DNA of 35,077 bases from Jimgerdemannia flammicorona. Taxonomy: Eukaryota. Each line of letters opens with the position of its first letter. Positions within the stretch are counted from its first letter, which is position 1. Shown piece after piece: positions 1-11,014 of the stretch. The notes under the pieces are model-generated. The model was not told the DNA's origin and did no database searches. It saw only the letters and a list, made by a program, of their open reading frames with translations. The stretch covers positions 1 through 35,077 of the forward strand of contig RBNJ01000261.1 of the NCBI GenBank assembly GCA_003990765.1. Direction: 5' to 3'. Position numbers and translations under genes: made by a program.

Positions 1-3000
1 TCACTATTATTTTAATATTTTTTTGTGATTATTTAATTTATAATAAAGCTAAATATTTTTTAAAAAAAAATTCTATATATTTATTTAGATATTTTTTACT
101 CCTTTATATCATTTTAATATTTTTTTCAAAATGAAAAAACTCTCTACCAATATCTGAAACTATATCATTAGTAAGTTTAAGTTTAGTAAGAAAATTAATA
201 AGATTATACAATAAATAGAAGCTAGTACAGCAACTATCAAACATATGAAAAGAGAAGTATATTAATATTAAAAAACTTATAAAATAAAGCTATCTATATA
301 AGCTTTCTATTTATAATAAAATATGAGTTATTTGTTAGATAATAATTAGTAAGATAGATAATACTATCTAAGTTACAAAAATACTTCAAAACAATAGAGA
401 TAATAATGGGCAAAATGTGCATTAGTATTAGTCTTAAGATAGTTTGCTATATCTAATATTATAATATATCATATATTTCTAAACTATCAATAATCTACTA
501 CTAAATTTAATAGTACTGCTTATATAGTATAACTGGGACATTTTTTCTGACTTTTTGAATATCTATGTTAGATAGCAAATTACCAAAGATGATAGTATAA
601 TAATGGTAAGACTAGAAATAATAATGGTAAAATGTGTATTAATATTAGCCATAAGATGGTTTACTGAATCCTAAAAAAGATAGATCTAAAAGTAATTATA
701 AGATGATGATATTTGCTTCTAAGACTCAGTATATTTACTATTATTATCTCTGGTCTTACTGTTATTATCTTCAGTCTTACTATTATTATCTCAGCCATTT
801 TGAAGTATTTTTATAACTTAAATAATAGTATCTATCTTATTAGTTATTATTTTAAAATAGTATTATTAGTAAGTTAAAGTCTGGCAAAAAAAATAAATAA
901 AATTATATAATAAATAGGAGTTAATATAGTAACTATCAAATATATATGAAAGAAGAAGTATATATATCAATATTGAAAAACTTATAAAACAAGACCACTT
1001 GTATAAGCTTTCTATATGGAGAGTTTTTTTTATTTTTAAAAAAAAAATTAAAATAATATAGAGGGGCAGAGAATATCTAAATAATATCACATAGTATATA
1101 TAGAACTTAGTGAGTATATCAGATTTTGAAATTTATATAAAAGGAAAAAGAATATATAAAAAAGACTTTTTTTTTTTAATTAAACTAATTGAGGTTTATT
1201 TACTCTAAAATACTGAGTTATTTATACAGATTTGTATACTAATTTTGCTACTAAATATGAGGCTAAGTAATAAGTCATTTTATGTGAAATTCCAAGTAGA
1301 ATTTCATCTATATTTTAGATAGAATCTTATATAAAATTCTATCTAAAATTCATGAAAGTAATAATAGTTTCACTGATAATATTTTAGATATAATATCTAC
1401 AGTAAAGATAATTTCTATACTATAATAAATCTGGAAATTGAATTTAGATACTATGATCAAATATCTATTTCCTATTTCTATTTTATACTATATATCACAT
1501 CTTTTCTCTAAATAGGTTATTTTTAATACAAAAATATCCATTCAAATTTTTATATTATAATATTTATATATATATTCTCTCTATATAGATTTGTTATTAG
1601 TGTTAGAATGTTTTTTAATGTCTCATAATCTTTAAATAATTAATTCACAATATTATTAAAAGTTAGATAACAGTATCTTCTATTCTCTAAAGTAGTCTAT
1701 TTATATATTATCTAAAGTTATATAATAGTTTATATTCAAAAGTTAAATGATAGTATCTTCAATTCTCATTTATATATTATCTAAAGTCAGATAACAGTTC
1801 ATATATAATGTCTTTTAATTCTCTATAGTAGTCTATTTATATGTTAGATAGTACTCTTCAAATAATTAACTTAGGTAATAGTTTATATATTATTAAAATT
1901 AATTAATTCTTGTAATATTATTCTTTAAACTAATAAGTAATCCAGCTATTAACTTAATGATATAGTTCTTTGCAGAGCATCTATTGTTCAATATTAATAG
2001 TTTATAAAAATAAAGCTAACAACTAGAATAACTAATTAATAACAGATGATACAGATAAAATAATATTTTCAAAAGTTAGGTGAGTAGTCTATAAAGCAGT
2101 CTATTTGGTATAATAATTTGTTCAGCATTTTTTAATAATTAATTCTTATAATGTTGTCTCTCAAACTAAGAAGCAATCTGGCTATTAACTTAATAATATA
2201 ATCTTTTGCAAAATATCTATTATTCAATATTAATAATTTACAGAAATAAGGCTGATAACTAGAATAACTAATTAATAGCAGATAGTATAGAGATAAATAC
2301 TATATATGATAGTCTGTTGTCTTCAAAATTAGGTAGTAGCAGTTGTTCATTTTTTAGCTTAAAAGTGAGAATTTATCTTAAATTACCAGCCAATGAGTAC
2401 TAAGTTATCATATAGTAAATACAGAATTTAATAAGTATATTAGATTCTAAAATTTATATGAAGAGAGAAAGAGTATATAAAGAAGACTTTTTTTTTTTAA
2501 TTGAACTAACTGAGGTTTATTCCTAAGTTATTTATACAGATTTGTATACTAATTCTACTACTAAATATAAGGCTAAGTAGCAAGTCATTTTATGTGAAAT
2601 TTCAAGTAGAATTCTATCTATATCTTAAATAAAATCTCATATAAAATTCTATCTGAAATTTGTAAAAGTAACAATAGTTTTACTAATAATATTTTAGATA
2701 TAATATCTTCAGTAAAGATAATTTCTATACTATAATAAATCAGAAAATCAGATTCAGATACTATAATCAAATATTTATATATTTTCTATTTCTATTTTAT
2801 ACTATATATTATAATAAATATATAGAATTTTTTTTAAATATTTAGCTTTATTATAAAACAAATAATTATAAAAAATATATCAAAATAATAGTAAGAGACA
2901 AAAAGAGATCAATAATTAATTTAACTTTAAATAGTAATAACTATATAATTAATTAGCTAAATATAGACAAATTATATATTTTCTAAAAGCTATGATTGGT

Positions 3001-3780
3001 TTATTATCAATTAAAATATAAATTTAATAATATTTATATTTAAATAATATTAAATAAATATAGTAAAAAAATATATTATTAATTTCTTTTTATCTCTCAC
3101 TATATCTATAGTTACTTTTCTATTAATTTTAACCTCTCTCAGCTATCTATATTTCTAGTATTCTCAGTTATATCTTTCTACTTCTAATTTCTATCTATTA
3201 TCTAACTTATTTTCTGACCTATTATTCTTTAAAATCTGATAAAATCTAATAAAAGTAATATATATCAAATAATAGCTAAACTTATCTTAACTAAGTATAT
3301 TAAATAAGATAAAGTGAAAACTATTTAATATATTGATTTTTACAAAAAGATATATTTATAACTTAGCTATCTTCTGATAGTTTGAACAAAAGAAGTCTCT
3401 CTAGATCTTTTTAATTTTTTTTTAAAAAAAAAAAAATTATATAAATATCTTCTTTGTTCTTTTAAATAAAACTCAGAATATTTTCTTTTAAAAATCTTTT
3501 GAGAATATTTAAAGTATCTCTTTAAGCTACTTAGATCTATTAAAATTTCTAAATTGAGTTACTTTCTCTTAAAGAAACTAGAGCTATTATTAATTTTATA
3601 TTGTAATATATAAAAATATATATTATATTATATAATATTAATAAAATACTAAATATAAGTTCTTCAAATATTACAATAATCTCTCAAAGAATGATAGATT
3701 CATTTATATCAAATAAAGAAAGCAATTAATAAAGTCTTTCTAATCTCTGATCTTTATATATTGTGGTAGTTATTCTGTAT
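1..3780. repeat. Extremely AT-rich, mutationally decayed repeat mosaic
   Basis: Almost no CpG and no credible ORF. It contains internal direct repeats (~170-310 vs ~868-1015; ~1086-1495 vs ~2407-2810; ~1900-2060 vs ~2137-2298) and inverted repeats (~1-85 vs ~2812-2895; ~82-145 vs ~1016-1083; ~340-392 vs ~798-850). Copies differ mostly by C/T and G/A transitions. Confidence 0.85.
131..395 (+). mobile_element. Decayed Tc1/mariner transposase N-terminal (HTH) remnant
   Basis: Translating through stops gives MKKLSTNI*NYIISK...EASTATIK and then KLSIYNKI*VIC*IIISKIDNTI*VTKILQN. After reverting transitions this resembles the fungal Tc1 segment KLSxxDKxRxVRxITxGKADNAVQVTKxL. A partial second copy lies at ~868-1015. 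Confidence 0.55.
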
Positions 3781-4631
3781 AACTCAGAATGCTACTCAGT
3801 AATTTAAATATGCTTTCCTAAAGTTCTGTATGCCAAAGTTGGCTCCAAGTACTGTAAGTTGTTGCATTTTGGCTGAGGATGCCGTTTTGATTTTGTTGCA
3901 ATATGTCGGGGTTCGGGACTAAAGCATTTTCTGGACAGTGCACTTGTAGGTGGGATGACATATTCAGGTGACGTTAACTGGCCGTCGATCTGATGTATAT
4001 AATTATATAGATGGGAGGCAAATTGTGCCATCATTCCACAACGTTAAATTGGACATATCACTAGGCATGTGCCTTGGTTTCCTTGGAAACACAAGCTACC
4101 AATTGCATGCCTGATTGGGATACACAATGACAATCGGGATCGACCTGAAAAAGACGGACCTGGCGAGTCGTTGTCAAATGCATGCTTGATTTGAGAACAC
4201 CCATACGCCCACACACCCACACTCGCAAACATGTGAATATCCTTGTCAAAGGATACCAATAGTGACAACCCCAAAGATATCAGTGTCCGTGTCAGGGTTT
4301 CTGCCACTGATGATCCCCTGGCTCGACTCATTGAAAGTCATTCTTTCAACCTTCAAGATATTCAAGAGGGTCGATTCATCACCATCGATGTCTTCAATGA
4401 AAAACCCAAGTCTGCAGACCTTAGAAAATACAGGAAAAGGTTGTTCTGGGCTCTCTTTTCGCAAGACGAATCCAGTTCCGCTTGGTGCCTGCTGCAGGAT
4501 ATATTATTAATTTGCTCTAAGCGTTGGATCTTCCTCGAGCTCAACGGTGACCACGACCTAGACGTCATCCCCTGAGAGTATGTGTGGGGCAACAATGCAT
4601 ATCTGACCAGCCAATGCATGTTCGTATGCCT

Positions 4632-5560
4632 GCACAATTCAAAGGGGCCTCAGATATCGAGCAATCCGAAGGAGCCTCAGACATTGCACAATCTGAAGGT
4701 CCCTCAGATATCGCACAATCCGAAGGGGCACCAGGCATCACACAATCCGAAGGTCCCTCATACATCACATAATCCGAAGGTCCCTCATACATCACATAAT
4801 CCGAAGGTCTCTCAGACATTGCACAATCTGAAGGGGCCCTAGGCATTACACAATCCAATGGTCCCTCCGCTGAAGGGGTACTAAACATCACGTAATCCGA
4901 AGGGTCTGAGTCATCACACAGTCCGAAGGGGTCCCAGGTATCACGCAATCCAAAGATCCCTCAGCCATTGCACAATCCGAAGAGGTCCCAGACATCGCGC
5001 AATCCGAAGGTATCTGAGCCATCACATAGTCTGAAGGGGCCTCAGCCATCCTGCAATCTGAGGGCATCTGAGCCATCATACAGTCCGAAGGGACCTCAGT
5101 AGTGCTCCCAAATGAATCAAATTAATTTGAATCAAATTGAATTGGGGTTGATTCAAATAAAATCAAATTGATATTTCAATTCAAATTAATTTGAGTTTGA
5201 ATCAAATTAGAGGAGGTCTGATTCAATTTAATTCAATCAAATTGATATCTGATTTGATTTGAAATTTTTATCCCAAATTCAAAATATAATAACTCAATGA
5301 AAACACATCCAAATTTAATATTCTTTAGTTTGCTGGATTTGCTTTAATAAAGAGTATCTAACAAACTAAAATTCATTTAAATTTAGATATTTTTTGTTTG
5401 AGTTATTGATTCAAATCAAATTAGCCCTAAATTTGATTTGAATATTTGAATTGGGGTCAAATTTGATTCAATTCAATTCGTTCTAAGCACTAGACCTCAG
5501 TCATTGCACAATCCAAAGGGGTCTCAGCCACCACACAATCTAAAGGGACCTCAGCCATTG
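4632..5560 (+). repeat. 27-bp tandem repeat (~19 units) inside the CHAT coding region, split by a MITE
   Basis: The unit is approximately CACAATCCGAAGGGGCCTCAGACATCG and reads HNPKGPQ(T/I)(S/L) in the CHAT frame. About 17 units precede 5100 and about 2 follow 5500. Confidence 0.9.
5100..5492. mobile_element. Non-autonomous hAT-type DNA transposon (MITE), copy 1
   Basis: Termini are TAGTGCT...AGCACTA with longer imperfect TIRs and subterminal AATTGAAT/TCAAATT repeats. A perfect 8-bp TSD GACCTCAG lies at 5092-5099 and 5493-5500. Confidence 0.9.
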
Positions 5561-8029
5561 AAGCTTCTGCACATCTTCAATGTTGTTCCGGACCCCATTG
5601 TTCTGCTGAATGATGCAATTTCCGGATCTGCATCTGAACGATCAGTTTCAGACAATATGTGATAAGTATGAGAAAATCAATCGAACTGTATTTCTGTAGT
5701 GTGTGTTCTCTCCTACGGTCGAGCGAATGTATGAACTGCTTAGGGACAAGCTGGAGATGGCCACGGTGCTTCATTTCATGGGACATTGCAGCTCGCAGAA
5801 TGGTGGTGTGAAGGCACTCATCTTTGAAGATTATGACACAGAGTCTCACCTTTGCTGACACGTTGCGCCTTGACACGACCATGAATCTGCGGCTGGCTTT
5901 TCTGCCTGCGATACTCGCCATGTTGCCCGGGACCTGATCGAAAACGGCATTCCATACACCATCGGTTCACACTGTCCTCTGCCAGACAACCTCGTCCGCA
6001 AGTTCGAGTCCAAATTCTATCAGTGCCTTGCCAGTGGCTACACGATCGAGACGGCGATGTTGGAGGTGTGCGCCTTCATGAAAGACCCAAAAGACATCTG
6101 ACAACGCAACTACTTCCCCGGTGCCATGGTGCTTTGTCCACATTTCATAAAGAAGACGGCACATTCAAGTGCGAGGAAGGAAAGCCCATGATCGAAAAGC
6201 ATATACCCCCCCACAATCTCGGAGAGATCTCCTTCATGAGATTTTTTTGCGGGCGCAAGGGGGAACTTATCGAGATAGCCGGTGTTTTGAGATGTATGGC
6301 GAAGAGAGGGACACAGACCTGTCCCTTATACACCATTGAAGGCATTGCCGGTCAGGGCAAGACGGCGTTGGCTGAGAAGGCAGTCAGGTAGATGGCGCAT
6401 CTCTTCCCTAGTGGCATCTTCGCTTGGCGGTTCGATCCTTCACACGCAGTATCGGCCATGAAATATCTTCAACACCTGAATAAGGTCATATTCGACGAAG
6501 AATTTGGCTTGGAACAGACCATCACCAAGAAATTTGAGTCCCATTCGACGAGTTTGCTTATCCTCGATCAAGCCAATGTCTTGAAGGACACCGTAAAGTT
6601 GGTAGACTGGCTTGCTTCAGAAGATTATGTCAATACCAGAAATCGCAGTAAGAATTCTTGTCACATCAACCTCTAGAGTGGGACACACGATACATCTCAA
6701 TGGTTTGACTAATTCGGACATTGACAGCAGGGTCGAGTTGTTCATTGGAAAACTTGACGCTCAAGTAAGGCGGAGGATGACGAACGAGACAAATATCACA
6801 CAGTTGCTCCACGACCTCGTCAGGCTTGTAAACGGATATCCACTGTGTCTGGAATCTCTTGTCCATGCAGCTGGCTTACTACAACATCGCAATGCATCAC
6901 TTGAGGAGCATCTCAATGTAATACTAGTTATGGAAAGAGAAACCTTGGAACCCGTTTCTGGCCAACCATCGACATGCTTCCAACACAACAACGTCTGCTA
7001 CTCTATATGTATTCTCTCTTCACTGGACCAATCACAGAAGGGGTGCTCGCGTTCATATATAATTTTGTCGACTTCGTATATTCGTCATCGGAGAAGGTCA
7101 ATTATAGTGATGAGAACCTGCAGCAACTATGCGATAGCAAGTTATTGTTGAAAAAGGACGATGAATACAAGATTCACGTCGCTGTTAGGGAAGGTGTGAG
7201 ACAGTAATTTTGCACATATGCTGATACATTAGTAATTGGCATTGCCAAGGCATCTAATCATGGTGAATAATGCAACTGAAATATGGTCTTTTTTTTTCCT
7301 TTATACATCTTTTTTTTTATTTTTCACCACAGGAATTTCCTTGGTGCTTGAATGGCAACTCATAATGAAGTGAGGAGCAGTACTTATGACATACAATATT
7401 ACGACATTGTTGACATTCTTGGCACCAGTGGCTATAAACTCGAAAAGAGCAGCGTGCAGCAGCACGTATTATTTGGTGGATTGATAGTGTTCAGACGTAA
7501 AGTATCCGAAATTCTTCACGCTAACTTTCCTGAGTTCTGCATGGAACACATCATACTGCTTGTGACAGAAAGCAAATCGCTGTTCATTTCATGTTTGCAT
7601 CATACCGATGCTGAGCTCGCTGAACGGTCTACTACCAATGCCGAAAAGAATATGGGTCTGATGAAGAAAGCCATGGAGACGTTGCAATCTGGTCTAGAGA
7701 AGATGCACTTTAAAATTAGGACAGAATCTCCTCCCAGTAAGTTGTCATCTCATCTACTCCCTGAGTAGTGATTGCTAGAAACACTCCAAACTCACAATAT
7801 CATCGTCGAACTGCTTATTTCATTACACAAACTGATAGAAATTGTCCTCGGAAAAGAGCAGTTCTCAAATACTTTGTAAGGTGAGCGGAAATTTTGGTAT
7901 AATAATGTGAAAAGGGGAAACTAATAGGAATCACTCACTGACAAAAACGCTTTCCATTAACCAATACAAAGTGAGCAAGGAGAATCAACCAACAATTAAG
8001 GTTGATTTCGGCATGGAAAATTTGTTGGA

Positions 8030-9705
8030 CGCCAGCATGACCTTGGCCACGTTGAATCTCGAAGATATGTCGGGACTGTGTGAAGCATTGTGTGTGACTA
8101 TGCAATGGAACCAAGTTCACGATCTATGTGTGTCCACTCATATATCTTCTGTTCACAGCATTGGTCACGAGGGGCATGCATCCTAACCGAGACTCTGAAG
8201 CAAAACAAGGCTTTGACCATGTTGAGTCTTGGAAGTACATTGTAACTGTGTGAATAATTGTATATAGCTGCACAATAGAAACAAGCTCACAATCTGTGTG
8301 TATTCACTTAATAATCTTGCTCATGTTCAGGGAACAGGATCAGTGACGAGGGGGCATGTGTCCTAGCTAATTCTGTGAAGCAGAACACGACCTTGACCAC
8401 ACTGAATCTCTAAGATATGTCAAAACTGTGAATATTTGTGTACAGCTGTGCAATGGAACCAAGTTTACAATCTATGTGTGTTCGCTCATCTGTCTCCTGT
8501 TCATTTTCAGACAATAGCATCAGCATGCACCCTAGCAGAGCCTCTGAACCAAAATGTGACCTTGACCACATTGATTCTTCACAGTATGTCAGAGCTGTGT
8601 GAAGTATCATGCCTGGATGCATGTTGGAATCAAGCTCACAATAGGTAACAGTATCGGCCACGAGGAGGTACATATGTGCCCTAGCTGAGTTTCTGAAGCA
8701 CAACATGACCTTGACTATGTTGAATCCGGGATGTATGTCAGAACTGTGTGAATCATTGTATATAGCTGCACAATGTAATCATGCTCACGATCTGTGCATC
8801 TTTGCTCATCCATCCCCTGTTCACATTCAGGGAATAGGATCACCAACAAAGAGGTACACACCCTAGCCGAGTCTCTGAAGCAGAACATGACCTTGACTAA
8901 GTGGAATTTCAGAACTGTGTATTGAATTAAGCCCACGATCTGTGCGTGTTCACTCATTCACCATTTTCATGTTCAGGAAACAGGATCTGCGATGAGGAGA
9001 CATACACCTTAGTCGAGTCTCTGAAACAGAACATAACCTTGATCACTTTGAATTTCGAATGTACATATGTCGGAACTATGCAAGGCATTGTATGCAACTG
9101 TATAATAGAATCAAGCTCATGATCTGTGTGTATTTGCTCATCTATCTTCTGTTTATATTCAGGGAAGAGCATCGATGGCCAGCAGGTACACTCTCTAGCT
9201 GAATCCTGATGCAGAACACGACCTTGACCATGCTGAATCTCAGAGGTATGTCGGGACTGTGTGAAGCATTGTATGCGGTTGGATCTATGCGTGTTCGCCA
9301 TCTATCCATGTTGTGCATCTGTGCAATAGAATCGAGCTCACGATCTGTGCACATTTGCTCATCTATCTCTGTTCATGTTCAGTCAACAACATCGGCGACG
9401 AGGGGGCATAATTACATCCTAACGGAATCTCTGAAGCAGAACATGATCTTGACCGAGCTGCAGAACTGTGTGAAACATTGTATGCAGTGCAATGGAATCA
9501 AACTCGCAATCTATGTGTATTCGCTCATCCATCCCCTGTTCATTTTCAGGCAATAACATTGGCCATGATGGAAAACTGAGATTCTAAGGTATTTTTGAAC
9601 TGTGAGCTATTAGATGTAGCTGCAAGATGGAACCAAGTTCACAATCTGTACATATTCACTCATTCTCTTTTCATCTTCAGGTAGTATCAGTAAGATGATA
9701 GCTGA
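8030..9705 (+). repeat. Tandem exon-intron array of ~10 RI-type LRR units (~170-180 bp period)
   Basis: Recurring exons of about 84 nt encode variants of NxIGDEGAxxLAESLKQNTTLTTLNL (e.g. ~8331-8413). They are separated by mutually similar introns (GTATGTC...CTGTTCATxTTCAG), some with mutated donors. Confidence 0.85.
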
Positions 9706-10132
9706 CCTATATAATCAAAATATTGAAAGTAGATAGGTTTCTTATTTTCAAACTTAAATGTTATATTAGATAATTGATCAAACTTTATTAAAATATCTGA
9801 AGATATTTTGAGAAATATAAAATATATTTATACTTTTATAACTACTATAATATTAATTATATATCAGAATTATGTAAAATATTTATAATATAATTTTATT
9901 TATAACTTGAGTATACTTATCTCTCTTTAATTTTTAAAAAAATAGCTTTTATTATAAGAGATATATACTTTAACTAAGTCTTTAAAATAAATTATAATTT
10001 TAGCTAAAATAAATATCTATATATTAGAATTATAAAATATTTTATATAATTATATTTTTTATATATTTATTTTATAAATATAACTTTACTATTTTAATAT
10101 TATAATTAATTAAATAATTATATTATAAAAAC

Positions 10133-10454
10133 TAATACTCTCAAATAAATCAAATCAAATTAAATCAAATTGAATTAGAGTTTGAATTGAATTGAGGTCT
10201 GATTTAATTTAAATTTTTATCTCAACTTTAAAATATAATAACTTAATAAAAACACATCTAAATTTAATATTCTTTATTATACTATATTTACTATAATAAG
10301 ATATATATATCTAATAAGCTAATATTTATTAAATTTAGATATATTTTGGTCAAGTTATTGAATTTTGAAAAATTAGATTCAAATTGAATTAGATTAGTCC
10401 TTAATTCTCAAATTGAGACCAAATTTAATTAGATTCAATTCATTTTAAATACTA
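10133..10454. mobile_element. hAT-type MITE, copy 2
   Basis: Homologous to 5100-5492, with transition-mutated termini TAATACT...AATACTA. A perfect 8-bp TSD ATAAAAAC lies at 10125-10132 and 10455-10462. Confidence 0.85.
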
Positions 10455-11014
10455 ATAAAAACTTTTATTATATTATTATTATTTTTTAAAATTAATATAA
10501 TAGCTAAGATTAGAGTTTAAATTATATTATTTTACTTATTTTTATTATAATAATAATATTTTAACTAAAATCTTTAAAATTATCTTTAAAGTTAAAAAAA
10601 AAACAAAAACAAAAAAAAAAACTTTACTATTAAAATATATTATTGATTAATTAATTTCTTATTTTTTTTTTTCTTTTTTTTATTAATTTATTTTAAATTT
10701 TATAATACCATTATATTATTCACATTTCAACTTAATCTTTATTATAATAAATTTTAAACTATAATCATTTTTCAATATCACATTCATTCCCACCACCAAT
10801 ACCAACACAAAACATTCATTCCCACCACCCTACACGAGTGCAAATATCCCAGACTGCAAAACCCACAAGGGGTCTCCTAACTCGAGGATCATGTCCAAGA
10901 TGCTCTTAAGCCCGCCTCTGGCGAGTCAGGGTGGGACGTTGGAGGCCGGCCGGTGGTGACGGCGAAGCAATGGGACAGACGGCGGCGAAGTAATGGGACA
11001 GGCGGCGGGCGTGC

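Larger units (their letters stand above)
4231..9705 (+). pseudogene. NLR-like pseudogene: CHAT (caspase-like) + NB-ARC/STAND + winged helix + RI-type LRRs (copy A)
   Basis: CHAT motifs: IP*E (PWE with TGA at 4573-4575), HFMGHC (5772-5789) and frameshifted LAFL(S)AC (~5893-5910). NB-ARC motifs: FCGRKGEL, P-loop GIAGQGKT (6341-6364), Walker B LLILDQ, ILVTS, GYPL (6834-6845) and YKIHVAVRE. An intron at ~7204-7332 is followed by LRR exons. Several premature stops (e.g. TAG 6389-6391 where copy B has Gln) and frameshifts are present. Confidence 0.85.

Noticed and set aside
3804..4331. Short minus-strand ORFs upstream of NLR copy A as a possible partner gene (e.g. gasdermin or amyloid signalling motif)
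   Set aside because: No recognisable motif, no counterpart upstream of copy B, and no splice model could be supported.
4565..5079. Minus-strand repeat ORFs (EGPSDCAM...)
   Set aside because: They are antisense readings of the 27-bp repeat; the plus frame is the one continuous with the CHAT domain.
4632..5560. Regular short repeats resembling a CRISPR array
   Set aside because: These are contiguous 27-bp tandem units with no unique spacers, the context is eukaryotic and no cas genes are present.
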